Part shown: one piece after another, positions 48,601 through 59,650 of the stretch
Layout: each line of letters begins with the position of its first letter
Position numbering within the stretch: position 1 is the stretch's first letter
Origin: Bacteroidaceae bacterium
GTDB lineage: Bacteria; Bacteroidota; Bacteroidia; Bacteroidales; Bacteroidaceae
NCBI GenBank assembly: GCA_017557005.1
Contig: JAFZFZ010000033.1
Location: 10,730 to 74,729 of the forward strand
Reading direction: 5' to 3'
DNA length: 64,000 nt
Notes under the pieces: generated by a model
Database searches by the model: none
The model's input: only the letters and a program-made list of their open reading frames with translations
Told to the model about the DNA's origin: nothing
Position numbers and translations under genes: made by a program

Positions 48601-50347
48601 CTGTTGAGAGAGTTCCATTTTCAAGAATATAAAGCGCTGTACCATTGGGGTATTGCTCTGATGCCTCTTCGTTCATAGTCAGATAGTCGGTGAGGTAGTA
48701 TACCTCGTCGCTCTCCATATTGTCGTTGCTTTCAATGAAATCGGTAGCTTCTGACACCTTGGCGGCGTACAGGGCGTATGCCTCGATGCTTGCTTCGAGT
48801 TCCTTTACTGCAGCATCAAATGCGGTCATTGCTGCACTGATAGCGATTGCATCGGTAGACGAGGCAAGTGTTTCGCGGGCATCCATATAGGCTGTGTAGC
48901 CATCCTTGTAGTGGTATACATCTTCATTCTCTTCGAAGAATGCTTCGTAGTCTACGGACTTACCCATGTAGTCAGATGCAAAGTAGCCGAATGCTTCGTC
49001 GCTGTTGCCCATGTAATGGAGCTTCCAATCGTCGAGTATGGTCCAGTCGCCTTCAAGCTGAATCTCTTTCTTTACACCGAGCGTGAGTTTGCCATCGCTT
49101 ACATATACCAGAACACTCGTTTCTGGATATTTGCCTGCCTTCATGTAGGCGTTGGCAGCATGCATGTCGTTAGGAATCTTACCAAATTGGTTGCTCAATA
49201 CACCTGCAGCCAATGAGTCGTTGGTGGCACCGACACTGGCAAAGACCAAGGGAGCCTTTACTGTTGCCATGTTGGTGGTGGTAGCATAGAGCGATGCATG
49301 TTGCAATGAATCGTTTCCGTCGAGCAAGAGATCATAGGCGGTAGCATCATTGTCGGCCCATCCGGCACGATAGAATGCTGTAACGCCTACCTTATAGATA
49401 CCATTTCTCAATCCGGTGAGCGATTGGTGTGTGTCGTAATTGCACCAATAGAACTCTGCATTACCATACTGTTGGAAGCCAGGTGTTGTGCCTTGCCATC
49501 CTGTATTGTTATTATTGTCATACGAGGCATTGGCAACGTAGGGAGTGTAGTCGGCGGGAGTTTCGGGCGAAGCTTTGGCTGTTTGAAAGTCAATAACCAA
49601 CTGCACCAATGTTGCAGCTGCTGCTTCGAGTTGCTCTGCAGTGCTTGATGTGTTGTTGTATACGGCTTGTACCGATGCAATGTCAATACCTTGGTTTTCA
49701 GCTAAAGCCTTGTCAATGTTTGTCTTCAGAGTTACTGCTGCTTCGTAGGTGATCTTCTTCTCTACGTAGCTTTGATATTCTGCAGGGGCAACAAAATACC
49801 ACTTGTTCTGCCATAATTCAGGATTATAGTAGGGAGGGAAATAGCTTGATGTGTCGCATAGATAAATGCGGTTGTCGTTCTTTTCGGGAATCAGTCCGAG
49901 GTATGCACCAGGATATTTCTCAGAATTGAAGTTGACGTTCACGGGCGAGAGTCCGATGTAATAGGTACCATCGCTTTGTTTTTCGAAGGTAAAGAGTTTT
50001 TCAACGGTAGACTCCATTTCGCGGTCAACCCAAATGCTCTCTACACCATCAATGAAGGTGTACATGATCTTGCCTTTGGTCTCTACAGAATCGGCAAGGT
50101 AATAAGAAAGGTCGTCAAATTCGTACTTCTCTACGAAAATCTTGTAACCTTTGGTGCCCTCTACGCTGGCACGTGTGTTCCAATCGTTTGCTCCGAGGAA
50201 GAAACCGTCGGCTTCGGGGTTGTACAGGTACAGGGCCTCGTCAGTTTTCATTGGAACTGAAGCGGGTGGTGTGGGCTTAGACCATTGGGCTGATATGCCT
50301 AAACAGACGCACATTGCCACCATCACAAGGAATAGTTTTTGTTTCAT
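45683..50347 (-). CDS. Giant T9SS-sorted secreted protein with five copies of an uncharacterised ~190-aa beta-sandwich-like domain
   Basis: 1554 aa with signal peptide 'MKQKLFLVMVAMCVCLGISAQ'. Two diverged and three near-identical copies of a domain marked by 'N.NFD....G...GW....', 'YYRAGY' and 'W.L.Y(L/M)G'. The C-terminal end 'IYTLDGIRISSPQQGINIFRIVRADGTFDVMKVLVK' looks like a T9SS CTD. Confidence 0.75.
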   Translation of the reverse strand: MKQKLFLVMVAMCVCLGISAQWSKPTPPASVPMKTDEALYLYNPEADGFFLGANDWNTRASVEGTKGYKIFVEKYEFDDLSYYLADSVETKGKIMYTFIDGVESIWVDREMESTVEKLFTFEKQSDGTYYIGLSPVNVNFNSEKYPGAYLGLIPEKNDNRIYLCDTSSYFPPYYNPELWQNKWYFVAPAEYQSYVEKKITYEAAVTLKTNIDKALAENQGIDIASVQAVYNNTSSTAEQLEAAAATLVQLVIDFQTAKASPETPADYTPYVANASYDNNNNTGWQGTTPGFQQYGNAEFYWCNYDTHQSLTGLRNGIYKVGVTAFYRAGWADNDATAYDLLLDGNDSLQHASLYATTTNMATVKAPLVFASVGATNDSLAAGVLSNQFGKIPNDMHAANAYMKAGKYPETSVLVYVSDGKLTLGVKKEIQLEGDWTILDDWKLHYMGNSDEAFGYFASDYMGKSVDYEAFFEENEDVYHYKDGYTAYMDARETLASSTDAIAISAAMTAFDAAVKELEASIEAYALYAAKVSEATDFIESNDNMESDEVYYLTDYLTMNEEASEQYPNGTALYILENGTLSTEQIIAEIAKLEKMLSDAIANSMVDGTDCTNLLKNPLFAEEGGWTYQPGVTFPTNGIPVGEGPNMVFDVHQTLEGVQNGLYEFTINACYKAADFGILTGEEAYKAYTYINNYDKLLNSILADPSQESAHADDYHHSQYGYVPNSTASAHQAFSNGRYEQTVYGLVTDGTLRVGIRNDLRYDDGSRAWWSNAKLVFRAKNAEILGEVISNTLPEANALLTNKAGQPELNSLQEAIDAASAADEEARYDALIALKQAMEDVISGTDVYVKLNAALANLQNTIYDFSATASDAAIKKAEQIYEAASAAYEAATYSTAEAIAMIDEINLAVVDMKIPDINGGGDEPVDVTSYIINPNFDPEKGDKGTGVIEGWTTSAMNGYKQNTVSYNRAAITLYQDLVGLTPGKYEVTVHTYYRAGYYDEEWTRKENGEETHHTTLYVTTTDEKYETKVMNLYEDASDNDYGVKCYTLPNGKFAPDGTSPTVEFFNQGHYLNKLQFVVGEDGKARIGLEKTEILGNDYEVVGEWNLFYLGAAEPAPVDVTSLMVNPNFDPEKGDKATGVIEGWTTSAMNGYKQNTVSYNRAAITLYQDLVGLPAGKYKVTVNTYYRAGYYDEEWARMENGEETHHTTLYAATTDKKYETKVMNLYEDASDTDYGVKCYTLPNGKFAPDGTSPTVEFFNQGHYLNELEFVVGEDGKARVGLEKTEILGNDYEVVGEWHLYYLGEVEGEPEPVDMSTLIINNDFDPEKGDKATGIIEGWTTSAMNGYKQNTVSYNRAAITLYQDLVGLPEGKYEVTVHTYYRAGYYDEEWARKENGEETHHTTLYAATTDKKYETKVMNLYEDASDTDYGVKCYTLPNGKYAPDGTSPTVEFFNQGHYLNKLQFFVGADGKARIGLEKTEILGNDYEVVGKWNLYYLGKDTDNGEGIEMVEEAEAAVIATEIYTLDGIRISSPQQGINIFRIVRADGTFDVMKVLVK
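45865..47590 (-). repeat. Three tandem 576-582-bp near-identical coding repeats
   Basis: The period is inferred from equivalent antisense ORF starts at 46154, 46736 and 47312 and from the protein repeats. Confidence 0.85.
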
Positions 50348-50614
50348 GATATGATATGGTATTAGTCAAACATTGGGCTCGTGAACCCTTTTTAGAAGCT
50401 GCTGTATACGAACCCAAGCTACAGAAGCTCTATCGCAATGCAAAGCTAATATTTTTTTTCTTTCATGGTACTTTCTTGATGAAGATTTTTCATAAGAAAA
50501 AGCATATATGAGATGCTATGGTCTTAAGCTTTGCAAAAATATGGTTTGTTCGGCCTGATATATAAAAAAGAATGTGTATCTTAGCGCCATAAATAATATA
50601 GAAGCTTCTATCCT

Positions 50615-53278
50615 ATGATGAAAAACAAAACCATTCTATCATTGGCTGCAGCCTTGTGCGTGGCAGCTACCACTACGGCACAGACCGTAAACGTGTCTCC
50701 TCTACCTCAACGTCTCGTATGGGGTGAAAAAGCATTTGACCAACCACAAAGTATTTGTATAAAGGGGGCTGATGAGGCCGATACTGATGCTGTGGCTCTG
50801 TTGCGTACGCATTATGCCGAGAGCAATAAAGGTGTCAAGGTAGTTGTAGGCGAACGAGGCGACAAGGCCGTGAAGAAATACGCAGACCGTATCCCCGAAA
50901 AGGTGGAGGGTTATTATATACAAGTTGCTAAGAATCAGATTGTGGTTGCAGGTAATGATGAAGCAGGTACCTACTATGGTGTGCAAACCTTGATGCAGAT
51001 GCTTGCGCAACCCGAGGTGATGCAGGCCGAAGTAAAGGACTGGCCCGACGTGCTGGAGCGTGGCGTAGTGGAGGGATTCTATGGAAACCCCTGGAGTCAT
51101 ACCGACCGTCTCCGCCAGTTTGACTTCTATGGAAAGAACAAACTCAACGTATATATATATGGTCCGAAGGACGACCCCTATCACCGTAACCAATGGCGCG
51201 ACCCCTATCCTGCAGATGAGGCTGCACGCATCAGCGAATTGGCTAAGGCAGCAGCGCAAAACAAGGTAGATTTCGTGTGGGCTATGCACCCGGGTGGCGA
51301 TATTCAGTGGACTGAGGCCGATCTTAATAGCTCGGTGCAGAAGTTGGAGTGGATGTACGGACTTGGTGTACGTGCTTTTGCTATTTTCTTTGACGATATT
51401 TTCGGAGCTGAGCAGTCAAAAGGAGCCAAGCAGGCTGAGTATATGAATGCCTTGAATCGTGAGTTTGTGCAGAAACATACCGATGTGGCTCCTCTTATCC
51501 TTTGTCCTACACAGTATAACAAGAGTTGGTCGGGCGGTTCATATCTCTCAGACCTTGGAACAACGATGGATAAGGATATCCGTATCATGTGGACCGGTGC
51601 TACCGTAGTGGATATGATTAATAAGAGCGATATGGACTGGATCAATGCACAGATTCAGCGTAATGCCTATATCTGGCTCAACTATCCTGTAAACGATTTT
51701 TGTATCGACCACATGCTAATGGGTCCCACCTATGGAAACGATTTGAATATTGCTCATCAACTGAGTGGCTTCGTGTCAAATCCCATGGAGTATGCCGAGG
51801 CATCTAAGGTGTCGCTCTATAGCATCGCTGACTATACTTGGAATATGGATGCTTATGCATCACAGACCTCATGGGAACGTGCCCTTCAGGAACTCATGCC
51901 AGATCATGTAGATGCTTTCCGTGTATTCTGTCAACACAATGTAGACCTTGGTCCTACAGGTCATGGCTTGCGTCGTAAGGGAGAGTCTGCTGCATTCAAA
52001 CAGGCTGCCGATGCTTTCTTGGCTTCAATGGCGCATGGATATAATGCTGAAGCAGTAGAGGCTATGAAGGGTGAGTTTGAGGTGATGATACAAGCTGCTA
52101 ATGAATTGTTGGCCTCTACGGAAGAACCCGAAATGATTGCCGAGATTGCTCCTTGGCTTGAGGTGATGAAGATTGTCGGCCAGCGAGGCGAAAAGGTGAT
52201 GAACCTCTACACACTTTTGGAAAAAGGCGATGAGCAGGGCTTTGTGGCTGCTTATGAGCAGTTGGCAAAACTTGAGCAAGCGCAGAAGGCGGTTATCTCG
52301 CGTGGTTTCGAGGGCTCAATCAAGAAACCCAATCCCACGGTAGCCAATGAAGTGGTGGTGCCCTTTATTAAGACATGCACCAAGGGACTCATCCGCGATT
52401 ATAAGAGCAAGCATACCTACCGCACTGATGTGTTCCCTGCCGAACTCCTCGAAGAGGGACGCTACTATATTAAGGTGAATGGTCGCTGGCTCACCGATGC
52501 CAATGCCAATCCCGATCGTACAGGTGACTATCCCGTATTCCAGGCTTCGGAGGATGTTATTAATCCCCAACGTCAGGAGTGGAATCTTAGCATCGATCCC
52601 GTCACAGAACGTTATAAGATCACCAATGCTCAAGATGGTCGTTACATTAATGAAATGGGTAATTTCTGGCGCGACAAGAATAACAATCCTTATGATCCCG
52701 CATGGCACTCGTTTAGCATTTATCGCCTAAATGGCAAGTATGCTATCGTGACAGCAGGCAATGCTGGTGGCCGCATATGGACAGCCAATGAGGAACGCAT
52801 CATGCAGACTCCCGAGAAAAACATCCGCTACGAGCACTTCATCTTTGAGTTTATACCTGTAGGTGCAGAGCAGGCCAAACCGGTTGTTGTAGAACCCGGT
52901 GCAGCTGTATACATCATTGATGGTGATGGCCGCTACCTTACCAATACTACTGTTAATGGCGTAGGTGGTACACCTGAGTTTATGGCAAAACGCGACGATG
53001 ACAGTCAATTGTGGCAGTTCAATCTCATTGATGAGACAGGCCGTTTCAATCTCATAAGTGCTGCCGATGGCCGTTATGTGAATGAAGTTTGTAACTTTGG
53101 CACTAACCCCTACAATCCCTTGTGGAATACCTACGTGCTCACTGAAAAGGGAGGCAGCTATGCTATACGCAATGCTGGCAACGGAGGTAGCAACTACTGG
53201 ATTGTTAATGGTAAGCATATTTCTACAGCCAATATTCCTGCAGCAGAGAGCTATCAGTTCCAGATAGTGGTAAAATAA
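50615..53278 (+). CDS. GH84 beta-N-acetylglucosaminidase (O-GlcNAcase-like) with C-terminal lectin-like repeats
   Basis: Signal peptide, '[14 protein letters not shown]', '[11 protein letters not shown]', catalytic 'AIFFDDIFG', and C-terminal repeated 'DGRY(I/V)NE' ricin-like motifs. Confidence 0.85.
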   Translation: MMKNKTILSLAAALCVAATTTAQTVNVSPLPQRLVWGEKAFDQPQSICIKGADEADTDAVALLRTHYAESNKGVKVVVGERGDKAVKKYADRIPEKVEGYYIQVAKNQIVVAGNDEAGTYYGVQTLMQMLAQPEVMQAEVKDWPDVLERGVVEGFYGNPWSHTDRLRQFDFYGKNKLNVYIYGPKDDPYHRNQWRDPYPADEAARISELAKAAAQNKVDFVWAMHPGGDIQWTEADLNSSVQKLEWMYGLGVRAFAIFFDDIFGAEQSKGAKQAEYMNALNREFVQKHTDVAPLILCPTQYNKSWSGGSYLSDLGTTMDKDIRIMWTGATVVDMINKSDMDWINAQIQRNAYIWLNYPVNDFCIDHMLMGPTYGNDLNIAHQLSGFVSNPMEYAEASKVSLYSIADYTWNMDAYASQTSWERALQELMPDHVDAFRVFCQHNVDLGPTGHGLRRKGESAAFKQAADAFLASMAHGYNAEAVEAMKGEFEVMIQAANELLASTEEPEMIAEIAPWLEVMKIVGQRGEKVMNLYTLLEKGDEQGFVAAYEQLAKLEQAQKAVISRGFEGSIKKPNPTVANEVVVPFIKTCTKGLIRDYKSKHTYRTDVFPAELLEEGRYYIKVNGRWLTDANANPDRTGDYPVFQASEDVINPQRQEWNLSIDPVTERYKITNAQDGRYINEMGNFWRDKNNNPYDPAWHSFSIYRLNGKYAIVTAGNAGGRIWTANEERIMQTPEKNIRYEHFIFEFIPVGAEQAKPVVVEPGAAVYIIDGDGRYLTNTTVNGVGGTPEFMAKRDDDSQLWQFNLIDETGRFNLISAADGRYVNEVCNFGTNPYNPLWNTYVLTEKGGSYAIRNAGNGGSNYWIVNGKHISTANIPAAESYQFQIVVK

Positions 53279-53318
53279 GAGTATTGTTATTGCTGCGCTG
53301 TGTTTGATAAATAGCTGT

Positions 53319-54419
53319 ATGCAACGAGATAAACGAGTATTGATAGGTATGAGCGGCGGTATTGACAGTACTGCCGCTTGCCTCATGTTGCAAGAACAAG
53401 GATACGAAGTCGTAGGTGTGACGATGCGTGTGTTTGACCTTGCATTCCAAATGGAATCCAGTGGCGAACCGCGTTTTATTGCTGAGGCTCGTGAAGTGGC
53501 CAAACGCTTAGGAATAGAGCATCACGTGGCTGACGAACGCGAAGGTTTTAGCAATAAGATCGTACGTTACTTTGTGGATGAATATATGGCAGGACGTACG
53601 CCGAACCCTTGCGTCATGTGTAATCCTCTCTTTAAGTTTCGAGTGCTTGCTGAGTGGGCCGATCGTTTGGAATGTGATTATATTGCTACGGGGCACTATG
53701 TGCAGGTAGAGCATAGCGGTGGACATTATTATATTGTTACGGGCGATGACCCTCAGAAGGATCAAAGCTATTTCCTGTGGAATCTCGGCCAGGCTGTGCT
53801 TGCACGTTGTGTGTTCCCTCTTGGCGGGTGGAAGAAACCGGATGTAAGACAATATCTCGTTGATAAGGGATTTGAACTAAAAGCCAAAGAGGGTGAGAGT
53901 ATGGAGGTGTGCTTCATCGAGGGCGACTATCGTGATTTTTTGCGAGAGCATTGTCCTGAGATAGATGTACAGGTGGGTCAAGGTAAGTTTGTAGATAGTG
54001 CTGGCCGTACGATAGGTATGCATCAAGGTTATCCTTATTATACGATTGGTCAGCGCAAGGGATTAGGCATTGCATTGGGCAAACCTGCCTATGTGCTCAA
54101 ACTGAATCCGGATAAGAACACCGTGATGCTGGGCGATGCTGAGCAGCTGCAGACCTCTTATATGCTTATTGAACATCCGCGATTTGTTGATGAGACGTCG
54201 TTTTATCGCGAGAGCAATCTTTCTGTACGTATCCGTTATCGCAGTCGTTCTGTACCATGCGAAGTGGTGCGTGAGGTTGAAGATGGGAAATTGCTGGTTC
54301 GCTTCCATGAAACAGTGTCGGCTATTACTCCCGGCCAATCGGCGGTGTTTTATGTAGGTAACCGTTTGGTTGGTGGTGCATTTATTGCTTCGCAGCGTGG
54401 AATAAATATGTATATCTGA
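53319..54419 (+). CDS. mnmA: tRNA 2-thiouridine(34) synthase
   Basis: PP-loop 'IGMSGGIDS', 'PNPCVMCN' and 'DQSYFL'. The ORF track starts at TTG 53304. Confidence 0.92.
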   Translation: MQRDKRVLIGMSGGIDSTAACLMLQEQGYEVVGVTMRVFDLAFQMESSGEPRFIAEAREVAKRLGIEHHVADEREGFSNKIVRYFVDEYMAGRTPNPCVMCNPLFKFRVLAEWADRLECDYIATGHYVQVEHSGGHYYIVTGDDPQKDQSYFLWNLGQAVLARCVFPLGGWKKPDVRQYLVDKGFELKAKEGESMEVCFIEGDYRDFLREHCPEIDVQVGQGKFVDSAGRTIGMHQGYPYYTIGQRKGLGIALGKPAYVLKLNPDKNTVMLGDAEQLQTSYMLIEHPRFVDETSFYRESNLSVRIRYRSRSVPCEVVREVEDGKLLVRFHETVSAITPGQSAVFYVGNRLVGGAFIASQRGINMYI

Positions 54420-55654
54420 TGGATACGCTCTCGCTATATGAATTGAACCGACTTATTCGCTTGACGCTGAATCGCGGCTTGCCCGAAGCTTATTGGGTGC
54501 AAGCAGAATTGAGCGAGGTGCGTGAGGCATATAATGGACATTGCTATATTGAACTGGTTCAGAAGTCTGAGCAGGGTAATACCTTTGTGGCGAAAGCGCG
54601 AGGCGCCATTTGGGCAAACATCTATAAAATGTTGAAGCCCTATTTCGAGAATACCACGGGTCAACGCTTTGTGGCAGGTATCAAGGTGTTGCTACAGGTT
54701 AGTGTGGATTACCATGAACAATATGGCCTTTCGCTCACCGTGCACGATATTGATCCTACATACACGTTGGGGGATATGGCGCGTCGTCGTCGTGAGATCT
54801 TGATGCAGCTCGAGGCAGAGGGGGTGCTCACCCTGAACAAGGAATTGCTCATGCCACTGCTTCCTCAGCGAGTGGCTGTTATTTCTGCTGCTGGGGCTGC
54901 AGGCTATGGGGATTTTTGCGACCAATTGATCAATAATCCCTATGGCTTTGTCTTTTATCCTCGGCTCTTCTCGGCTGTGATGCAGGGCGATAGGGTAGAA
55001 GAAAGCGTTATTGCAGCTTTGGATAGCATTGCGTCTGATGATAAGCAATGGGATGTGGTAGTCATAATCCGTGGCGGAGGTGCTACGAGTGATCTCTCGG
55101 GTTTCGATACATACCTCTTGGCTGCCAATTGCGCTCAGTTCCCTTTACCTATTATTACAGGTATTGGTCATGAGCGTGACGATACGGTGCTTGATGTCGT
55201 AGCTCATACTCGTGTAAAGACGCCTACAGCTGCAGCCGAATACCTCATAGCTCGGATGGCCGATGCTGCTGATGTCCTGAATGCACAAGTCGAGGATTTG
55301 GTTCTTGCTGTAAATGAGCGTATGCGCAGTGAAGAACAACGCTTGACGCACATTGCAGCCCAGTTGCCATCACTCTTTGCTCTTGTACATACCCGTCAGA
55401 TGCATCGTATAGAACAGTTGGAAAGTAATTTGCGCAGTTCCTTAAAGCAACTATTGGTTAGAGAAACTCATCGTTTGCAACTGATGGAGAAAGTTGCCGA
55501 GAGTGCTTCGCCTCAGCTGATGTTGCAACGTGGATATTCTATCACTCGATGCGACGGAAAGGTGGTGCGTGATGCTTCCTTATTGACCTTAGGCGCAGTG
55601 CTTACAACTGAGTTTGCTGATGGTATGGTGCAGAGTGAGGTGATTAAAACTTAG
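54419..55654 (+). CDS. xseA: Exodeoxyribonuclease VII large subunit
   Basis: 411 aa with the OB-fold N-terminus 'YWVQAELSEV...GHCYIEL' and 'IIRGGGATSDL'. Its start overlaps the mnmA stop by 1 nt. Confidence 0.9.
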   Translation: MDTLSLYELNRLIRLTLNRGLPEAYWVQAELSEVREAYNGHCYIELVQKSEQGNTFVAKARGAIWANIYKMLKPYFENTTGQRFVAGIKVLLQVSVDYHEQYGLSLTVHDIDPTYTLGDMARRRREILMQLEAEGVLTLNKELLMPLLPQRVAVISAAGAAGYGDFCDQLINNPYGFVFYPRLFSAVMQGDRVEESVIAALDSIASDDKQWDVVVIIRGGGATSDLSGFDTYLLAANCAQFPLPIITGIGHERDDTVLDVVAHTRVKTPTAAAEYLIARMADAADVLNAQVEDLVLAVNERMRSEEQRLTHIAAQLPSLFALVHTRQMHRIEQLESNLRSSLKQLLVRETHRLQLMEKVAESASPQLMLQRGYSITRCDGKVVRDASLLTLGAVLTTEFADGMVQSEVIKT

Positions 55655-55690
55655 AATTCTCCCTATAATCTTTTAAATAGATTGACTACA

Positions 55691-55870
55691 ATGAAATACG
55701 AAGAGGCTATACAACAACTTGAGACGATTGTTTCGCAGATCGAAAAGAACGAACTTGATATTGACCAATTGACTGACCGACTCAAGGAGGCGCAGAAATT
55801 GATTAAGTTGTGCAAAGATAAACTCTATAAGACCGACGAGAAAATCAAAGCATTGTTAGGGGAGGAGTGA
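55691..55870 (+). CDS. xseB: Exodeoxyribonuclease VII small subunit
   Basis: 59 aa with 'YEEAIQQLETIVSQIE'; it lies directly after xseA. Confidence 0.85.
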   Translation: MKYEEAIQQLETIVSQIEKNELDIDQLTDRLKEAQKLIKLCKDKLYKTDEKIKALLGEE

Positions 55871-55889
55871 ACCATTAAGTAACACTCCC

Positions 55890-57233
55890 TTACTTCTTTC
55901 CTCTCATCATTCTCCAGGCTCGTGCGCCGAGTAAGAGGTCTGAGCATAGGAATCCTGCGGGATAGGCTATCCAAATGCCGGCAATGCCCAATCCACAACG
56001 GAATCCAAGGAGATAGCCTACGGGGATGGCGATGAGGAAGTTGGTCACGAATGATATCCACATGATGGCTTTCACATCGGCCAATCCGCGCAGAGCATTG
56101 GCGAGTATAATCTGCACTCCGTCGAAGAATTGGTATACAATCAGTATTGGTAACAATGTAGCAACGAAAGCCATCACCTCTGCGCTGTCGGTGAAGAAGC
56201 CGCTTACATCCTTATGTATACTCCATAGCACGATGCATACTACCGTAGCAGTCATCAGTCCGATGTGTAGCCCTGCAACGGTGATTTTACGTACTCGTGC
56301 CCAATCGTTGGCTCCCTTGAAGAATCCTGTACGTATGGCTACAGCTGAACCTAAGCCCAAGAAGGTGATGTAGCTCACCGTAGATATGGTGATGGCGATT
56401 TGGTGTGCTGCCAATTCCATGCTTCCAAGCCAGCCTACCATGATGGCTGTAAAGCAGAAGGTTGCCGCCTCGAGTCCCTGCTGCAGTCCGATGGGCCATC
56501 CCAAAGCGTTGAGTCGGCGCAGCGATTTTCGATCTGCTCCCATGGCAGCAAATCCTATGCGGTAGGGGGCATACTTACGCTTGCATACAAATACACCAAC
56601 AAACATCAGTAGCATCACAATGCGTGATATCAATGTACTGATACCTGCACCATAGAGTCCCATCTCGGGCAATCCGCACTTACCATAGATGAGTACGTAG
56701 TTACCTACGATGTTGAGCGCATTACCTATGAGGAGAATCCACATCGATACTTTGGCATCGGTGATGCTCTCCACAAACTGGCGGAAGGCGTTGGAGGCCA
56801 TCACGAAGAGCATCGATATCATCACTACGGCGAAGTAGGGTTTGATGATAGGAATTAGTTCTTCGGGTTGTCCCATGCGTTCGATGTTGAGGTACAATCC
56901 CATGAGTACCGCCACTATGAGCACTGCTGTCAGCATGTTGGCTACGAGACTGCTTCTGAGCCAGTGTCCAATGGCGTGGTAACGCTTCTGTGCCAATGCC
57001 TCTGATACTATCGGGGTAAGTCCGAAAGAGAATCCGGTTCCGGTGATGATGAACGCATTGGTCACATTGTTGACAAACGAAGCTGCAGCCAATTCGTGTG
57101 TGCTGTGCCATCCCACCATGAGCGTATCGGCCATTCCGGTGATGATGCCCCCCAACTGTCCAATGATGATGGGTACAGCCAGTGACACGATTGCACGATA
57201 GTCGTTGTTGTATTTCCTAAATGTATGTAACAT
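55890..57233 (-). CDS. MATE-family efflux transporter
   Basis: 447 aa with 12 predicted TM segments and an N-terminal 'AVPIIIGQLGGIITGMADTLMVG' MatE motif. Confidence 0.88.
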   Translation of the reverse strand: MLHTFRKYNNDYRAIVSLAVPIIIGQLGGIITGMADTLMVGWHSTHELAAASFVNNVTNAFIITGTGFSFGLTPIVSEALAQKRYHAIGHWLRSSLVANMLTAVLIVAVLMGLYLNIERMGQPEELIPIIKPYFAVVMISMLFVMASNAFRQFVESITDAKVSMWILLIGNALNIVGNYVLIYGKCGLPEMGLYGAGISTLISRIVMLLMFVGVFVCKRKYAPYRIGFAAMGADRKSLRRLNALGWPIGLQQGLEAATFCFTAIMVGWLGSMELAAHQIAITISTVSYITFLGLGSAVAIRTGFFKGANDWARVRKITVAGLHIGLMTATVVCIVLWSIHKDVSGFFTDSAEVMAFVATLLPILIVYQFFDGVQIILANALRGLADVKAIMWISFVTNFLIAIPVGYLLGFRCGLGIAGIWIAYPAGFLCSDLLLGARAWRMMRGKK

Positions 57234-57302
57234 ATATAGTCCCTACACGTACCTGCTTAAGTAGCAGTGTATGGCTCCTTTATATATTTATATGAATGTT
57301 GC

Positions 57303-58526
57303 TTAGCGTTTGGCTACCAGTTCTGCAATTTTTACGATGGTCATCATGGCCTTTTCCATAGATTGTACGGGGACAAACTCGTAGCGGCTGTGGAAGTTGA
57401 CGCCTCCGGCAAAGATATTGGGGCAGGGGAGTCCCTTGAAAGATAGCTGTGCGCCATCTGTACCTCCTCGGATGGGCTTGATTTCGGGCTCTACACCAAC
57501 CTCGCGCATAGCTTGGCAAGCAATGTCGATGACATACATGATGGGCTCAATCACTTCACGCATGTTTGAATATTGGTCGGTAAGCTCCATGGTTACTATG
57601 TCAGCGCCATATTTGTCGTTAAGTCCCTTTACGCATGCTTGTAGCAGTTCTTTGCGCTTTCTGAATATGTCGGCGCTGTGGTCGCGCACGATGATGCTGA
57701 TGGTTGTTTCCTCAACGCCGCCCTTGATGCCTACGATGTGGTAGAAACCTTCGTATCCTTCGGTGCTCTCGGGGGTCTCATTCTTGGGGAGTAGCTGTAT
57801 GAATTCTGTAGCTACGCGCATAGAGTTGAGCATTTTGTCCTTGGCATAGCCAGGATGTACGTTGCGTCCCTTGATGGTGATGCGTGCTGCTGCAGCATTG
57901 AAGTTCTCGTATTCCAGTTCACCCACTTCACCGCCATCCATGGTGTAGGCCCAGTCACAGCCAAACAATTTGACGTCAAATTTATGAGCGCCTAGACCAA
58001 TCTCTTCATCGGGGTTGAAGCCGATACGAATCTTTCCGTGTTCAATCTCGGGGTGTGCTTGTAGGTAGGCGATGGCCGATACGATTTCTGCTACACCAGC
58101 TTTATCATCGGCGCCCAATAGAGTGTGTCCGTCAGTTACGATGAGGTCGTTTCCTACGTAACGCAGCAACTCGGGAAATTCTGAGGTAGAGAGTATCGTA
58201 TGATCTTCGGATGAAAGAACGATGTCGGTACCATTGTAGTTCTCTACGATACGCGGGTTTACATTCTTGCCTGTTACATCGGGGCTGGTATCCACATGGG
58301 CGATAAAACCTATGGTGGGGAGTGTACGAGTTGTATTGGCGGGAAGTGTGGCAAAGAGGTATCCGTATTCGTCAAGTGTGATATCCTCGAGTCCCATTTC
58401 TTCCAACTCTGTGCGGAGCATTTTAACGAACTCCATTTGTCCGGGTGTACTAGGGGTAACGCCAGCCTCGTCGGCTGATTGGGTGTCAATGCGCACATAG
58501 CGCAAGAATCTATTTACTAAATCCAT
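57303..58526 (-). CDS. pepT: Peptidase T (tripeptide aminopeptidase, M20B)
   Basis: '[17 protein letters not shown]', 'HVDTSPD', 'LGADDKAG' and 'NPDEEIG'. The ORF-track extension to 58904 overlaps the divergent tlpA-like gene, so I reject it. Confidence 0.92.
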   Translation of the reverse strand: MDLVNRFLRYVRIDTQSADEAGVTPSTPGQMEFVKMLRTELEEMGLEDITLDEYGYLFATLPANTTRTLPTIGFIAHVDTSPDVTGKNVNPRIVENYNGTDIVLSSEDHTILSTSEFPELLRYVGNDLIVTDGHTLLGADDKAGVAEIVSAIAYLQAHPEIEHGKIRIGFNPDEEIGLGAHKFDVKLFGCDWAYTMDGGEVGELEYENFNAAAARITIKGRNVHPGYAKDKMLNSMRVATEFIQLLPKNETPESTEGYEGFYHIVGIKGGVEETTISIIVRDHSADIFRKRKELLQACVKGLNDKYGADIVTMELTDQYSNMREVIEPIMYVIDIACQAMREVGVEPEIKPIRGGTDGAQLSFKGLPCPNIFAGGVNFHSRYEFVPVQSMEKAMMTIVKIAELVAKR

Positions 58527-58749
58527 GATAGTTGCTTTTTTTTGATGCGCTAAGATACTACATCTTTGGCAGACGTGAAAATATTGGACTGATTTTTTTG
58601 AATTTGTTAGCATTGTTCTCTGTGTAGCTGTAGGGTAGCTCAGTAGCGCTTCAAGAACTTTTAAGTATATTCTATATTCTTTTTCGGGATTTTTGTTTAA
58701 TTTCGCCGTCGATTCATAAACGAACCAATAAAACATAATAGTAAAAGGT

Positions 58750-59328
58750 ATGAAAAAGATTTCTTTCTTGATGGCGGCGCTTGTGATGCTTGCCGCATGC
58801 AACAATGTAACAAAAAAGAGTGAGGTAGTAGATGAAGTGGTTGAGGCTCCCGTAAAGGATACTATTGTGTATGAGCATGAGTATCTGGTAAAGGTTGGAG
58901 ACATGGCTCCTGATTTTACGCTGAAATATACCGATGGAACAGAGTTTACTCTTTCGGCATTGCGTGGTAAGGTGGTGATGTTGCAGTTTACGGCCAGTTG
59001 GTGTGGAATCTGCCGTGGCGAGATGCCTCATATCGAGAGCCGCATTTGGCAGCCTCATAAGGATAATGCTGACTTTGTATTGGTAGGTGTCGATCGTGAG
59101 GAACCGCGTGAAGTGGTAGAGGAGTATACAGCCAAGTTGGGCACTACCTATCCGATGTTGCTCGACGATAAGGGCGATGTGTTTGCGAGCTATGCAGTGC
59201 GCAAGTCGGGAATTACACGCAATGTACTTATCGATCGAGATGGTCGTATCGTTAAGCTTACCCGTCGCTTTGAGGAGGCTGAATTTAATGACTTGGTAGC
59301 TACTATTGATAGTTTGCTGGCAAAGTAA
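58750..59328 (+). CDS. TlpA-like thiol:disulfide oxidoreductase lipoprotein (thioredoxin fold)
   Basis: Lipoprotein signal '[17 protein letters not shown]' and the redox motif 'WCGIC'. Confidence 0.85.
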   Translation: MKKISFLMAALVMLAACNNVTKKSEVVDEVVEAPVKDTIVYEHEYLVKVGDMAPDFTLKYTDGTEFTLSALRGKVVMLQFTASWCGICRGEMPHIESRIWQPHKDNADFVLVGVDREEPREVVEEYTAKLGTTYPMLLDDKGDVFASYAVRKSGITRNVLIDRDGRIVKLTRRFEEAEFNDLVATIDSLLAK

Positions 59329-59521
59329 TTTTGTACAAATATACAATATAAGATAGGGGTGATTTCTGTACGGAATCACCCCTGTATATTTGTATGTGTG
59401 TATGTGTTGTAATGGATTGTACGATAATTGAATAGGAGTATTCTTGTAAAGTGTATTTTATGATTGTATTACGATGGGTGGAAGTACTAATTGTGAGGTT
59501 ATTTTTTTGGTGTCTATATGT

Positions 59522-59567
59522 ACAAAAAAGAAGAGAGAGATTTGCTATAAAACAAATCTCTCTCTTC
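59522..59567 (-). terminator. Strong terminator after tRNA-Thr
   Basis: A 15-bp stem GAAGAGAGAGATTTG/CAAATCTCTCTCTTC is followed on the minus strand by TTTTTTGT. Confidence 0.8.
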
Positions 59568-59572
59568 TTCTG

Positions 59573-59646
59573 AGCCTCTTGTCGGATTCGAACCAACGAC
59601 CCCGAGATTACAAATCACGTGCTCTGGCCAACTGAGCTAAAGAGGC
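59573..59646 (-). tRNA. tRNA-Thr (anticodon UGU)
   Basis: The reverse complement GCCTCTTTAGCTCAGTTGGCCAGAGCACGTGATTTGTAATCTCGGGGTCGTTGGTTCGAATCCGACAAGAGGCT folds as a cloverleaf with a 7-bp acceptor stem, a GGTTCGAATCC T-arm and the anticodon loop TTTGTAA. The anticodon stem has one T-T mismatch. Confidence 0.9.
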
Positions 59647-59650
59647 GGGT

